In this document: positions 1 to 13,257 of the stretch, piece after piece | How the letters are laid out: every line of letters begins with the position of its first letter | Numbering within the stretch: the first letter of the stretch is position 1 | Assembly: GCA_951406725.2 (NCBI GenBank) | Contig: OX597829.1 | Location: 1,612,001-1,676,000, forward strand | From: Octopus vulgaris | Taxonomy: Eukaryota | Direction of reading: 5' to 3' | DNA: 64,000 nt | Position numbers and translations under genes: made by a program | The notes under the pieces: model-generated | Seen by the model: only the letters and a program-made list of their open reading frames with translations | Databases searched by the model: none | What the model was told of the DNA's origin: nothing

Positions 1-296
1 ATATATATATATATATACCTACATATATAACTATGACCATTTTAAACCAATGATCAACTTCTAATTGTTAATTTTATGTATGTATGTATAAATATATATG
101 TGTGCGTGTGTGTGTGTGTGTGTATGTTTATATGCGTGTGCGTGTGCGTCGAACCAACTATAATAATATTTTTATTTACGGTATTTTAATTCCAGTTACC
201 TCAACTTTCTTTTGAGACAGAGTACTTTAAAGGTGGTACTCGACAAGATCGCAGAATAATTAAACCATAACACATATATTAATCTAATATTGCTTT

Positions 297-735
297 CAAA
301 TTTTGGCACAAGGCCAGCAACTTCGGGTGAAGAGTAAGTCGATTACATCGACCCCAGTGCTCCAAATCGTACTTATTTTATCGACCTCGTAGGATGAAAG
401 GCCAAGTTGACTTCGGCTGAATTTAAGTTCAGAGCGCAAATGACGGACGAAGTGCCGCTAAGCATTTTGTACGGCCACACTAACGATTCTGCCAGCTCGC
501 TGCTTCATATTAATTTGATATCGATTTCAAATTTTGGCTCAGGGCCAGCAGTTTTGGTGGAGGGGTAAGTCGATTGTATCGACACCTGTGTCCAACTGGT
601 ACTTATTTTATCAACTCTGGAAGAATGAAAGGTAAAATCGAACACGGCAGAATTTGAACTCAGAAGGTAAAGACGGACGAAATACCGCTAAGCATTTGCC
701 CGGCATGCTAACGGTTCTGCCAGCTCGACGCCTTA
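297..735 (-). mobile_element. Two adjacent tRNA-derived SINEs (family A)
   Basis: Reverse complement of head GGCGAGCTGGCAGAA..GAGTTCAAATTC (A/B-box-like) shared with many copies in the window. Confidence 0.8.
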
Positions 736-892
736 TATTAATTTAAACCTGGTTAATGTTTCTCATTTCTTCAGTTCTAATTTCTTCAATTCTAATGTGA
801 TGTAGAAACGAAGTTACAATCCGTCTTTGAAAGAAACTGAATCATGGCTTTATATTTAGTCTTCCATTTAAACTACAAGCTTTTGAGAGAAA

Positions 893-1440
893 AATTTATT
901 CCAAGAGAGATACATTTGTAGTAATTCCTTTGCCGTGACATGTAGCTTTACTAAACTCTAACAAAACATCTAAGCACCAGGTAACCTGAATTTTGTTATG
1001 ACAAGTCAACATGTTATGAATTGCTTCAAAAACGTAAGTCTAAACTCAGTTCATTTACTAAAAACAGTTCCCATGGGAACATGGTGTGAAAAAATTAAAT
1101 TTCACCTGCGCAGTTTGTCAATGGCATTCACCTCTACCATAACTTGGGAATGTTTACGAACACACGATGTGGTTACTACGCAAATGCCCAAAGAGTGAAT
1201 TTTATTTCCCAGAGAGATACATTTTTAGTAATTGATTTGCTGTGACATGTAGCTTTGATAAACCTTAACAAAAGAACATCTAAGCACCGGATAACTTACA
1301 TTTTGTTATGACAAGTCAACATGTTAAGTATTTCTGAAAAAAAAAAGAGTCTGAACTTAGTTTATTGTTGAAGTCAATTCTAACGCAAAAAAGGGTTCAT
1401 CGGTAGAGGTTATCAAGGAAAAAGTTTGCGGAACAACGAG
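893..1440 (+). ncRNA. Structured ~300-nt repeat unit, copies U1 (~893-1195) and U2 (~1196-1440, 3' domain degenerate)
   Basis: Matches unit consensus TTTTATTTCCCAG-AGAGATACATTTTTAGTAATTGATTTGTTGTGACATGTAGCTTTGGTAAACCTTA..TAAGCACCAGGTAACCTACATTTTGTTATGACAAGTCAAC..TTCTCATGGGAA..GGTGAGAA..TTTCACC..CATGAGAAAGTTTACG. Repeat is directly visible; ncRNA function is inferred. Confidence 0.6.
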
Positions 1441-2066
1441 GTAATTTCTCGGCTTCCAGGAGATAGCAGTCAAATCTCTCCAATTAAATCTTACAATCTT
1501 GAAAAATGAGAAATTAAATGAAATAATGCTTACTGCAATTAAAATAATAATCACAACAATAATGAAGTTGATTATTATTATTATGAATGTTGGTGAACCC
1601 CATAAATGTTTAGACCGAGATTACTTGTATATTTTCCCCCCGAATGGTGTAATGTTGTTTATCTGGTTTAACAGAAGGACGAAAATGGAAGATGGAAACA
1701 GTATTTTGGAACTAATGACATGAGAAGAAAGGTAGTAATAGATATGTGGAACCAGTTTCTAACGTTGTTTAATCTCAAATCAGCTCTGATCCAACAGAAC
1801 TTTCAGCAAAGAATGTCCAGTCTTCATTCAGGCATCGAAGACGACGCAAATATGAAAAGCCCACCTTTTATTTAGAAATAGCGTTTCTTGAACTGCATTA
1901 CTTAATGCGTCCTTCCCTTTTGATTTTTTTGTTGTTGTTGGTTATTGAAAGGTCAGCCCCGACCCCAAAAACGTATGGTCAAAAGTGTTGTACCTTTTAA
2001 TTAGATATGATATATCTAGGACTAATGTTATCTGATATGCTCTTCCTTGTTTCGTTCAAGATAATT

Positions 2067-2290
2067 TTTTTATTACCCACAAGGGGCTAAACACAGAGGG
2101 GACAAACAAGGACAGACAAATGGATTAAGTCGATTACATCGACCTCACTGCGTAATTGGTACATAATTTATCGACCCCGAAAGGATGAGAGGCAAAGTCG
2201 ACCTCGGCGGAATTTGAACTCAGAACGTAACGGCAGACGAAATACCGCTAAGCATTTCGCCCGGCGTGCTAACGTTTCTGCCTGCTCGCC
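2067..2290 (-). mobile_element. SINE family A
   Basis: Near-identical to + copies at 9975 and 51878. Confidence 0.85.
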
Positions 2291-2514
2291 CCCAGCTCAA
2301 GATAATTCGTCACCTAGCAAAGCTATAAAAAGTGCATCAGCCGTAACCACCATGACGTTTCTTCAGTCAGGATGCATCTAGGACTACAATATATAAAGTG
2401 ACCTTATTCATGTTTTCTCATTATTAACAATCGCTCAGTCTTGATCCAGCAGAAATTACCAAACTTGCTCCAGCCATGATCATCCTGTCTTTTATCCAGT
2501 CAGACCATATATGA

Positions 2515-3016
2515 AGTCGTATGGCCTAGTGATAATGTGTTGCACTTATGGTGCAATCGTGGTTTCGATTACCGGACTGGGCGACGCGTTGTGTTCTTGA
2601 GTAAAACACTTCATTTCATGTTGCTTCAGTCCATTCGGCTGTAAACGAGTAACCCTTCGCTGTTCTGTTCTGGGGGAATGTTGCGAAATTGGTTCCTTAT
2701 ACACTGTTTTGTTGTTTGTTCCTTCTCGAGCCACACCTGGCTCATAAGGGCCGGTTTCCCGGTTTCCTTGGCATATAGGTTCCCCACCTGGACGGGACGC
2801 CGGTCCATCGCAGGTGAGTTACAAGATACAGGAGGAAAGACTGAGAGAAAGTAGTGTCTAAAGAGTCAGCAGAAGTTTCGCCATTACCTTCTGCCGGAGC
2901 CGCGTGGAGCTTAGGTGTTTCGCTCATAAATACACACATCGTCCGGTCTGAGATTCGAACCCGCGGTCCCTCGACCGCGAGTCCGCTGCTCTAACTACTA
3001 GGCCATGTGCCTCCAC
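2515..3016 (-). mobile_element. SINE family C (~2710-3016) next to an oppositely oriented SINE head (~2515-2660)
   Basis: Reverse complement of TGGAGGCACATGGCCTAGTAGTTAGAGCAGCGGACTCGCGG tRNA-like head; same family as 49360-49675. Confidence 0.75.
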
Positions 3017-3183
3017 ATTTATACACAGTAGAATCCAGGTGATCAGTTCGATGGATCCTAGGGCTTAAGACAGTATTTTCTTTTTACTTTTACCCTTTGT
3101 AATCTTTCTTTTTTGATGGACTTCACCAACCAGTAAGTCTTTCAAAAATGCTCCAGTCATACCAAACGAATAGCTTTAAAAGG

Positions 3184-3850
3184 GAATTTCATTCCGAGAG
3201 AATTAATTTCCTAGTAATTGATTTGTTGTGTAATGCACATTTGAGAAACCTTAACAAAAGAACATCTAAGCACTAGGTAACCTCTATTTTATGATAATTG
3301 AATATATAATGGTTTGCAGGGCGGCGAGCTGGCAGAAGCGTTAGCACGCCGGGCAAAATGCTTAGCGGTATTTCGTCTACCGCTACGTTCTGAGTTCAAA
3401 TTCCGCCGAGGTCGACTTTGCCTTTCATCTTTTCGGGATAAATTAAATAAGTACCAGTTACGCACTGGGGTCGATATAATCGACTTAATCCGTTTGTCTG
3501 TCCTTGTTTGTCCTCTCTTGTGTAAAGAAATAGTTATTTCGTCTGTCTTTACGTTCTGAGTTGAAATTCCGCCGAGGTCGACTTTGCCATTCATCCTTTC
3601 AGGGTCAACAAATTAAGTACCAGGTGTGTACTGGCGTCGATCTAATCGGCTGGCCTCTCTCCAAAAATTTGGGGCCTTGTACCTAGAATAGAAAAGAATA
3701 TTTAAGGATTTGCTAAAAAAAAAAACTTTGTCTAAATTCAGTTTATTACTAAACTCAGTTCTGATGGGAAAATTTTCAGCGAATAAAAGATATTTCAGGT
3801 CGTGAATGGCATTTCACTTTACCATAAGATAAAAAAAATTATGAACTTTC
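3184..3850 (+). ncRNA. Structured repeat unit U3, split by a SINE insertion (~3319-3700)
   Basis: 5' half GTAATTGATTTGTTGTG..TAAGCACTAGGTAACC at 3213-3283; 3' half GTCTAAATTCAGTTTATTAC..ATGGCATTTCACTTTACCATAAG resumes at ~3730. Confidence 0.5.
3319..3700 (+). mobile_element. SINE family A, nested/dimeric, inserted in unit U3
   Basis: GGCGGCGAGCTGGCAGAAGCGTTAGC head followed by a second partial copy. Confidence 0.8.
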
Positions 3851-4775
3851 GAAAGTGTCTCTCTATCTGTAGTTCTCAAACTGTTTTGACCAACCATCTC
3901 GATTATGAACATCTTGATCCTTCATCATTGCGTAGCACGAACAAGAATACAGGTAAACAAATAAATAATAATATTAGGATAAATAATAAATGCAGATAAG
4001 GCTCAGTGGTAAAATTTCCTTAGATAAATTCGTTCGTTTTCCCCAACTTGCCGCTCCATCGTCATATGTCTAGAAAACTTTCTTCAAATTTCTTTAAATT
4101 TCTTCAAATTTCTACAACGGTAAGTTGTACAGGAAGAATGTAGCAACAAAATGTAAATAAATAAATAAATAAATAAAAACCCAAAGAAACACTATGATAA
4201 TATTTTATAGTGTAGATTCAAATAACATTGGAAAGGATTAAAATAAATGAATACATATATGTCCGTATTCGTTTATTTTAATCCTTTAAACCTATTTTAA
4301 TATTTTAATCCGATACACACATGTATATGTATATATAACAAAAAAATGATTCTACATGATAACCTATATAGCCAAATCATTGAAATCAATAATGGGCGAG
4401 TTGCGTATGATGTATGCACATTGGCAAAGACTATAATATTTTTTAATTAAACAATATTGCGATTTAGTCCGAGGTTGCCTCGTCCTTCCAGACCCCATCT
4501 GTTTCATTTGTAAAACTTCATTTTCTCCGTTAAAACCCACTTCAATCATGAATGAATATGAGACGTAGTAAAAGTGACTCAGCTACTACTTTTATTGATA
4601 TTTCTTCAAATGCTATTAATGTTTTACTTTTCCTCCACGCATTTATCAATGAATTGATATCGAGTGTCAGACTCAATGTTCGTTGTTTCTTTTTCTAAAT
4701 TTAATTGCGTAAAAATCTAGTGATTTTTCAGAACTCAGCGAAATGTAACGCAAAGTCCTACCTGAAATGTTCGAT

Positions 4776-4845
<70 letters not shown>

Positions 4846-5984
4846 AATCCAAAAACTGGAACAAGAACGTAACGGACGACAATGAAAACATACGGACGAT
4901 ACAAGGACGGACAGAAAAAACCAGGACGGAACATTCGTGGATTTCTACTCATCAGTCAATCTTCCAATTATCAGTTCAGTTTCGGCCTGTTACAATTGAG
5001 GCTGTTTAAAATTGGTAGGCCCCGAAAATATAAGCTAAGGGCATTCAATTTTGGGAAGAAAGTCGGCGAATATGTATGACAACACAGACAAAAAACAAAC
5101 AAACAAGAAAGCGGATAAAATGCTACACGATTACAAACACAAACAACAAGAATAACAACAGGTGTCTTTCGACTAAAAGGACAAGTTAAGTTAAGCTGGC
5201 GTGTGAAGTGGAAGCCTTACGGCAACAAACATAGATGAAAGTCAAGAGACAAGAAAATAAGGTGTTGTGCGTGCGGCTATTTTTTCTATATAAACAATAA
5301 GATATTTGTTAAGATATTTCGTATTTTACAAGATTATTTACGTATATTTATTAATTTATCTAATTAATTATTTTATTGTTTTTATCTTTAACATGAAGAG
5401 TGGCTATATTTATATTGAAGTGATTATACTATAATCATTTCTTAAATATAGCCATGAAACACGTACGTTATTCTACCAAATATATACGTTTTATTTATTA
5501 TTTTGCTCATTACTTAATCATTGTTATATGTTTTATCTTATATTTGATCTTTCTATAAGATGTAATTTTTCTAGTTTTTACAGTTTTGGAGTGGCATGGA
5601 TCACAGTGAGGGTCATAGGATTATAATTAATTTCTAATTCTTTATCTACCTTCTTATCATCAACAAAAGATCTAAGGCTAAAATACTATGTTTATTGAGA
5701 ATAAAGAACATTGTGAGTTGACAGCTCATATGCAAATATAAATGAATAAAAGAAAAACAACACATTTGAAACTGGTTTAAGTTAGTGTTGAAAATTAGGT
5801 ATATTTCCATTAGTATTTTCTCATACTGAATGTGTTGTAAATATCACGTTTTGCTCGAAGATCGAACCCAGAATCTTTATTTTACTTAGTTCGATATCCT
5901 GACCACAAGCCTAAAAGTTCTGTATATCAATAGAAAGGTTATGTCATTTAAAAAATGTGCAAAAATAAACTAATAAATTAAAAT

Positions 5985-6250
5985 GGGGATTTTATTCTCA
6001 GAGCGATTCCTTTTTTTTTAGTTATTGATTTGTTGTGACACGTAAGTTTGGTAAACCTTATCAAAAAAACATATAAGCACCAGGTAACCTGCATTTCGTT
6101 ATGACAAGTCAACATGTTATGAACTACTTCACAAAACCTTAGTTCTCGTGGGAAAATTACGAAAAATTGCAGTGAGAAAATTTTTTTACCTGTACAAGCT
6201 GAGAATGGTATTCACTTCTACCATAAGATGAAAAAGTTTACAATCACACG
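5985..6250 (+). ncRNA. Structured repeat unit U4
   Basis: Full-length match to the unit consensus including the hairpin and TTCTCGTGGGAA. Confidence 0.6.
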
Positions 6251-6684
6251 AGGATGCCTCAGTATATTTCCGTTAGATGCTAGAAAGAATAGTCTGCTAA
6301 TTCTGCTAATATATCACTAAGATAAAATCTCCAAGATTAACTCGGAGAATATGAAAATTGTGGCTGGCTGCAACTGCACGCCATTGAAAACGCCCTAAAA
6401 GGAAAGAAAGGGAGCCTCTCTCGACAACAAGACAAACAAAAATTACGATGACTGCCTACTTGATAAACAAAACGATAATGAATGTTTTTTAAAAAAACCG
6501 TTAGAAGAATTGACGTCAAAGATAGATAGTAGGAAGAGAAGGGATAAAGGAATAATAGGTAGGGAACAAGTGGAGAGGGAAGGGTACCTTGATTGAAAGA
6601 ATGTTCGAAGGCTTAGGAAAGAATTTCGCTATTGAAGTGGAGTGCACGTTAAGCTAATTGTTCAAACCACAGTGACTATCGTTA

Positions 6685-7185
6685 TCATTTATATGAGTAG
6701 AAAGTGTGTTTCTGCCAGTGTTTACATTTGTATGATTTTTCTATGAGTGTGTTTACTAGGGGAACCTTAGAGAAGAGAATATGGAAGAGTTCAGAGTTGC
6801 AAATGTTACAAAATCTCCTGCCCTTATCAAAAGGAACGGATACAGACAGTATGAACCAATCTAACTTGAAATTTATATTGTTGTCTTTAAGACACCAAAC
6901 TAATTTACTTAGCCCTGTACTATGTCGTTTTTTACTATCCCTGAATGTTGAATAATGGTTTGAAATTCTCTTGGTTAACTGGGAAGTGGACGCTCCTATA
7001 TAGAAGAAGACATCGGTACCGGAAGAAATTCTACACTGGTAAATAGAATTCTTAATCTTAGAATCTTCTTTCCTGATGAGAAGATTGCATAATGCACCCC
7101 CTATTCCTTTGGAATGAAAACATGCTGTCTTCGAAACATATTTCGAGAGTAAAGGAATTTTGTTAACATCTTCGTTCGACTCCAT
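6685..7185 (-). mobile_element. Penelope-like element fragment, GIY-YIG endonuclease domain
   Basis: ORF contains CNL..IYQCRI..FFYIGAST..KRISNH..F and C-terminal CNIC..E, the PLE GIY-YIG pattern; 5' truncated at an (AT)n tract. Confidence 0.8.
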
Positions 7186-7196
7186 TCTTTCATTTA

Positions 7197-7241
<45 letters not shown>

Positions 7242-8545
7242 GGTAAAGGAGAGAAAGAGAGAGATAAACAGATGGAGATATATATTAGATTAACATACAT
7301 ATACATATATACACGTAAGAGACGGGCAGTCACGCAACCCAAACTAAGACACAGAGGTGACAACGAGAAAGATAAAGGAAATTAGAGCATCATGGACATA
7401 TACATACATACATATATACATATACACACACACATACATATATACATTTATGCATACATACATACATATTCACACGCTCTTTCTCTCTCAGACACATGCA
7501 CACACACACACAGACACACTCCGACACACATACACACACACATACGCACGCACACACACACACACATACATACACACACACACACGCACACACACACACA
7601 CATACATACACGCACACACACACACACACACACATACATACACACACACATACACACACACACACACATAGCCAATACTATAGTTTGACCTAGGCCAACT
7701 TCAAGAATGTTCCACTCTCACCTCTACTCTTCTCTGCTATGACTTGTCGACCAATCAATCATATTTTTAACAATTTACAGATTCTTTGATCCGACTCACA
7801 AGAGTCATAGTATCTTTTCTTTTCAAAAGAATACCATTCTTTTGTTTCGCAAGCTATTCAACGAATCTTGCTTCCCTATCCATCATTTTTCACCCTCCCT
7901 CCCCCCGTTACCATTATTGTCTGCGGGAATACACATGACAAAATTCTCCAGGAACATAAGTTCTCCTTTCCTCTGCTTTGCTTTCATCTACGACATCAGA
8001 CCAATTTTTCGCATTTTACATAAAGATAAACATTTTTCCCTTTCCACTCTTCTCTCATTCAATGCGACATTTTTATTTTTCGTTTGACAATTTCAAATGT
8101 TTGCTTCCGTATATACATATTTTTCACACAGATATTTCCTACCAGAATATATATATTCGTTTCTTTTGAAGACTTGTGGCCATAAATTTATACCAAACGT
8201 GAAACAGCACACTTCAAATGGCAAAGAAGATTCTAGCTAACTAACGGTGCATCCGAGATTTCGTTATGCGTTCTATTACGTATAGCGGCCAGATCTCTCG
8301 CAATACGTACAATGGCTTTCAAAAGGATATAGATGCTAAATCTTTCCCTCAAAATATGTCTTTAAAATAGAAACTACCTATTCGCCCATGTATTTCTAGA
8401 CTCAACTTTATTTTTATATGATTGTATGTGTGCGTGTGTGTACGTGTGTAATTGTATATGTGTATATATATATGTAGATGTTTCCTACTATAGCCTCAGA
8501 ACAACCAATACCTTGAAAGTGGATATAGCAGACAGAAACTGTGGT

Positions 8546-8607
<62 letters not shown>

Positions 8608-8745
8608 ACTTATAAACAAGGGCAAAAGAAAATAAATTTCTAATGCCAAATATGCTGAAAGCAGACACATCGTCAATAACCATATAATTCATCACTATAA
8701 GCACGCGGCTCGAAGAAAGCCGACAGAAATTACAGAAGTTATACA

Positions 8746-8779
<34 letters not shown>

Positions 8780-8892
8780 ACCACAGTTTCAGTCTGCTAT
8801 ATCCACTTTCAAGATACTGGTCGTTTTGAGGATAAACGTTCAGGCGAGTATACTGGCATTGATGTGGCAACATTTGAAATATTGTCTAGGTA

Positions 8893-8965
8893 AATGCAGC
8901 TGATGAAGACTGATCAAATTTACGTTGTCAAATGTATTTGAAGAGTCAGGAACCAGTCCTGCATT
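8893..8965 (+). ncRNA. Degenerate type I hammerhead ribozyme in Penelope terminal repeat
   Basis: Stem I AATGCAG/CTGCATT, core CTGATGA, stem II GACT/AGTC, GTC site; GAAA is mutated to GGAA. Confidence 0.5.
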
Positions 8966-9974
8966 ATCCGATTCTGGATTGTCCATTTATCTTCGCCAGT
9001 ATATACGCAGTGAAGCTTTACAATAGCGTCGTATTTGTATAGATTGCTATTTTCCAGTAAATATTAGTACCTTTTTGTATTACTCATCTGTTTATATATA
9101 TACCGTGAAATACTCTCAAATATTGACCACCGCATCATGAAGACATTAAATTAAATGGTCTTAAAACATTATAACTCCCTCACTCCTAATGGAAGAAGCT
9201 ATATTACAACTTTTGAGTCGAATTGCAGCAACTTCTATGGCTTGCCTAAGATACACAAGTCAAAAGAAATATAAAATGCTATAAAGGAATAGTGAATACA
9301 TAAAAACTACTACAGCAAAATACCTTAAACTAAGACCCATTGTAGCTGGTCCAGCCTGTCCTACATATTGTCTGAGCAACCTCCTTGACATTATTCTAAA
9401 ACCTGTATGTAGTCACACACCCAGTTTCATTTGAGATGACATCGATTTCTTGTCACATCTGCCCAAAACAACAGAATTCCGTTCATTGTTAGTTTTGATG
9501 TAACAAACTTATATACAAACATTCCACATGATTTGAGACTTACTGCCAGAAAATATTTGGCCGAGAAACATAGTGAAGCGACCACCAGTAGATTTGCTGT
9601 AACATTCATACTAGATGCAGTCAGCCACGTCCTCAAAAAAAAAAAACATTCCTTTTCAATGGAAAAAACTACCTCCAAATTCGATGCACAACTATGAGCA
9701 TTTGCTCCAGTTTTCGTGAACTCAGCATTGGGATACTTGGAAAAAGCCTATATGAGAAAACCGACGAGAACTGCGGCATTACTTTTAAAAGACATATAGA
9801 GGACACATGAAAAAGATACTTCGATGATTAATTCTTAATTTGGACCAAATCCCTAGAAAATCTGAAAGATTTCAGCACCCTCCTCAGCACTTTATTCTCT
9901 AGTCTCAAATTCACAAGAAAAATGAGCAACACACAATTACTCTTTCTTGGCACAATGGTACTTAAAAACAGCAA

Positions 9975-10206
9975 GGCGGCGAGCTCGCAGAAACGTTAGC
10001 GCGCCGGGCGAAATGCTTAGCGGTATTTCGTCTGCCGCTACGTTCTGAGTTCAAATTCCGCCGAGGTCGACTTTGCCTTTCATCCTTTCGGTGTCGATAA
10101 ATTAAGTACCAGTTACACACTGGGGACGATATAATCGACTTAATCCGTTTGTCTGTCCTTGTTTGTCCTCTCTGTGTTTATCCCCTTGTGGGGAGTAAAG
10201 AAATAG
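9975..10206 (+). mobile_element. SINE family A inserted in the Penelope RT
   Basis: Full copy flanked by target-site duplication GGTACTTAAAAACAGCA. Confidence 0.9.
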
Positions 10207-11280
10207 GTACTTAAAAACAGCACATTTATTACAAAAGCACCGATGCCCAGCAGTACCTAAATTTCAAATCATGCCACCCTACACACACAAAATGCAACAT
10301 CCCGTACTGTCTAACCAGGAAAATTTGTACTATAGTAGATGATCGAAATACTAGGAACACGCGACTTATAGAAATCAAAGGATTTCTGCTCAAGCAAAAT
10401 TATCCTCTCCTACTTATAGAAAATAGCATACAACGAGCAAACGAGAAACCTATAGAATAGCTTAGGGCAACACGAAGAAGACGAACCCATCATCGAAACA
10501 CAATACCATTTCTAGTAACACACAATCCGCATCACCAAAACATATTTAACATCATCAAAACAAATTTACCAGTCATAAAACAAAGTGAAAAATTAAAATA
10601 CATAATAACTAATCAAACACTTATCTTAAGCAAAAGGCAACCACATAATCTAAAGAAACTATTAACAAAGGCAAAATGCAACAGGAATGAAAACAGGATA
10701 ACACATTCACAGCATCCAAGTGTAATGATAACAAATGTGGAACGTGTCAATACATGCATTCTGGGAGATCCATTAGAATAGAAAATGGACAGATTTTGGC
10801 AAATGCAGATATGAACTGCAAAAGTAGAAATTTGATCTACTGCAGTAAAATCCCCGAATTGCGATACAGGGAATGCATTATCGGAACGCTCACGAGTCCA
10901 CAGAAAACAAATCCGGAACATCAATATTCGCCAAATTCCATTGAGCGAACATATAGAGACGTGGTCAGAAAATGTTTCTAATTTTTCCTTTCCGCAAACT
11001 ACTTGACACAAGTGAGGTTGGATGAAGGATAAAAGAAAAATGGTTTATTAAAATGTTCAAACCTGTTCGGAATGGATATAACAGCAATAATATAACAGCC
11101 AGTTAATGATGTGGATTAATAGACATAAACAAGTTACAGAATATCGGTACGCCTGACAAACCATGATGTTTAAGAGCATGAGGATTGATCAAAAAGGTAT
11201 TCTAAAAATTCAGCTGATTGGAGCGTTCTAAGAGGTACTAAAAGTTGTCAAGAATTCAACTGTCAGTTAAACACATTTTC

Positions 11281-11316
11281 AATCTGATGAGTACATTATG
11301 TATGAAAGCGCTAATT
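11281..11316 (+). ncRNA. Minimal type I hammerhead ribozyme at Penelope 3' end
   Basis: AAT-CTGATGA-GTACA(TTA)TGTAT-GAAA-GCGC-TA-ATT: intact core, palindromic stem III AGCGCT, CUA cleavage triplet; stem I is short. Confidence 0.7.
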
Positions 11317-11407
11317 TTGTTAAAATATAATAATTAAAAAAAACTTTATTTAACTGATATTGTTATTCTATACACATTCACACAAATTCGAAACACTAAA
11401 TAAATTA

Positions 11408-11483
<76 letters not shown>

Positions 11484-11526
11484 GAGTGAGAGAGGGAGAG
11501 AGGAAGAGAGTGCTAGATAGATAGAC

Positions 11527-11574
<48 letters not shown>

Positions 11575-11636
11575 TAATAGATAGACAGATAGACAGACAG
11601 ACAGATAAATAGATAGATATATAGATAGATATAGAC

Positions 11637-11693
<57 letters not shown>

Positions 11694-11825
11694 TAATGTT
11701 ACCTGAGGAAGGTTTGCGAAATGGACGCATTTCCTCTTACATATCACGCATGCCAGAAAGGTATGTATTAAATGGTTTCAAAAATCACTGTTTGGCTTGA
11801 CTTCATTATTACAATATATATACAA

Positions 11826-11888
<63 letters not shown>

Positions 11889-12598
11889 GTGAGTGAGCGC
11901 TTCCCTTTGGAAATTCGAGCTACCAGATATGGAGAATCAAACTTACAACCTAAGCCCTAAATAACGGTTTTAATAAAGTAGAACTTATGAAACGACGTAG
12001 TCTCAGGTGTAGAGGAAGAAGGAGAAAAGTTGTACTGGTTACAGTCTGGAAGACCTTTCATCGTGGGGTTACTGGTTCAGAAATGACCTTGCTACAAACA
12101 CTCGGTCCACGCTTTTGGTCTGATAAACGATAGCACCAACACATATTGTTACTCTGACTTTCCACACAGATTCTAGGATATCGCTCCACTCCCATCTCTT
12201 TCCCATACCAGTCACGGAATTCCTTTCCTACTGTGGATAAACCATACAAAAAGCGAAAAAAAAACCCCAAATAATAAATAGATAAAGATAAAAACAGTAG
12301 GGTGTCTTTATGGGTACCAAACTCAGAAGTTATTTTACCGTTTTATTACCTGTTTGTATATGGTATTTTGGATCGAAATCTGACATCTTTACAGCATCGC
12401 AGTTCCACTGGAATGGGAATATAAAATTTGATATCTCAAGACCTCGCTGTTACAAACACAACCCCGTCTGTTTATTTTGTTTTTATGATAAATTTATGTT
12501 GGCAAAATAGAGGCAAGTTACCTAACATGATACTTCAATACAGATATTTATATACTTACAAATACACACCTACACACACGCGCGCGCACACGCACACG

Positions 12599-12636
<38 letters not shown>

Positions 12637-12726
12637 CATAGCATTAAACTCACGCCGTCACCATATAGATGTATGTGTGTATGTGTATGTGTAAATAATG
12701 AATGTGTGCGTGTCTGTGCGTATGTG

Positions 12727-12770
<44 letters not shown>

Positions 12771-13083
12771 GTAGATGGCTTATTAACAATTTTAAAACCT
12801 AATACATACATATATGTACATGTATGTATGTATGTGTATGCATATATAGATATATATGTGTTTGTGTGTGTGTGTGTGTGTTTGTGTGCGTGCGTGTGTG
12901 TATGTGTATATGTATGTATATCTACAAGTTTTTTCATTCTCTCTCTGTTTATTTTCTTTTATTCCTTTGTTTTGAAGAGCATAGGCTCGAAACGTAAAAG
13001 ACTTTTTCATTTTCCCGAGCGTTAAACTAATACGCCTGCCTGTTCATACAGCTCTCTTTTGTTTTTTACTCTTCTATAAATTT

Positions 13084-13153
<70 letters not shown>

Positions 13154-13257
13154 CGGTAAGCTTTATGAAAATAGACAAAAGACGAAGGCAGGTTTACGGA
13201 AATAAACAAAAGACGAAGGCAGGTGAAAAACAAACAAACAATTGTATTAGTATGATA

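Larger units (their letters stand above)
8775..11350 (+). mobile_element. Degenerate near-full-length Penelope-like retroelement (RT + GIY-YIG pseudogene)
   Basis: Frameshifted motifs FYGLPKIHKS (~9234), LRPIVAGPACPT, VSFDVTNLYTNIPH, RYFDD, QYLNFKSCHP, KCGTC, NLIYC; hammerhead motifs at both ends. Confidence 0.85.

Noticed and set aside
960-1010. Repeat unit as spliced-leader RNA gene (GGTAA donor plus ATTTTG Sm-like site)
   Set aside because: The Sm-like word varies between copies and lies in the hairpin stem, and an upstream acceptor-like site is unexpected for an SL RNA. Not fully excluded; check mRNA 5' ends.
1213-1345. Selenoprotein exon (in-frame TGA) with SECIS
   Set aside because: Frame not conserved among copies and no convincing AUGA..AA..GA SECIS fold.
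1196-1440. Repeat unit as H/ACA or C/D snoRNA
   Set aside because: No conserved ANANNA hinge or RUGAUGA box; CTGA occurs in only some copies.
12965-13005. Possible hammerheads at ~12972 (TTGAAGA..GAAACGTA), ~4950 minus and ~37060-37100 minus
   Set aside because: Core mutated, stem I weak, or truncated by microsatellite; probably PLE relics, not supportable as ribozymes.
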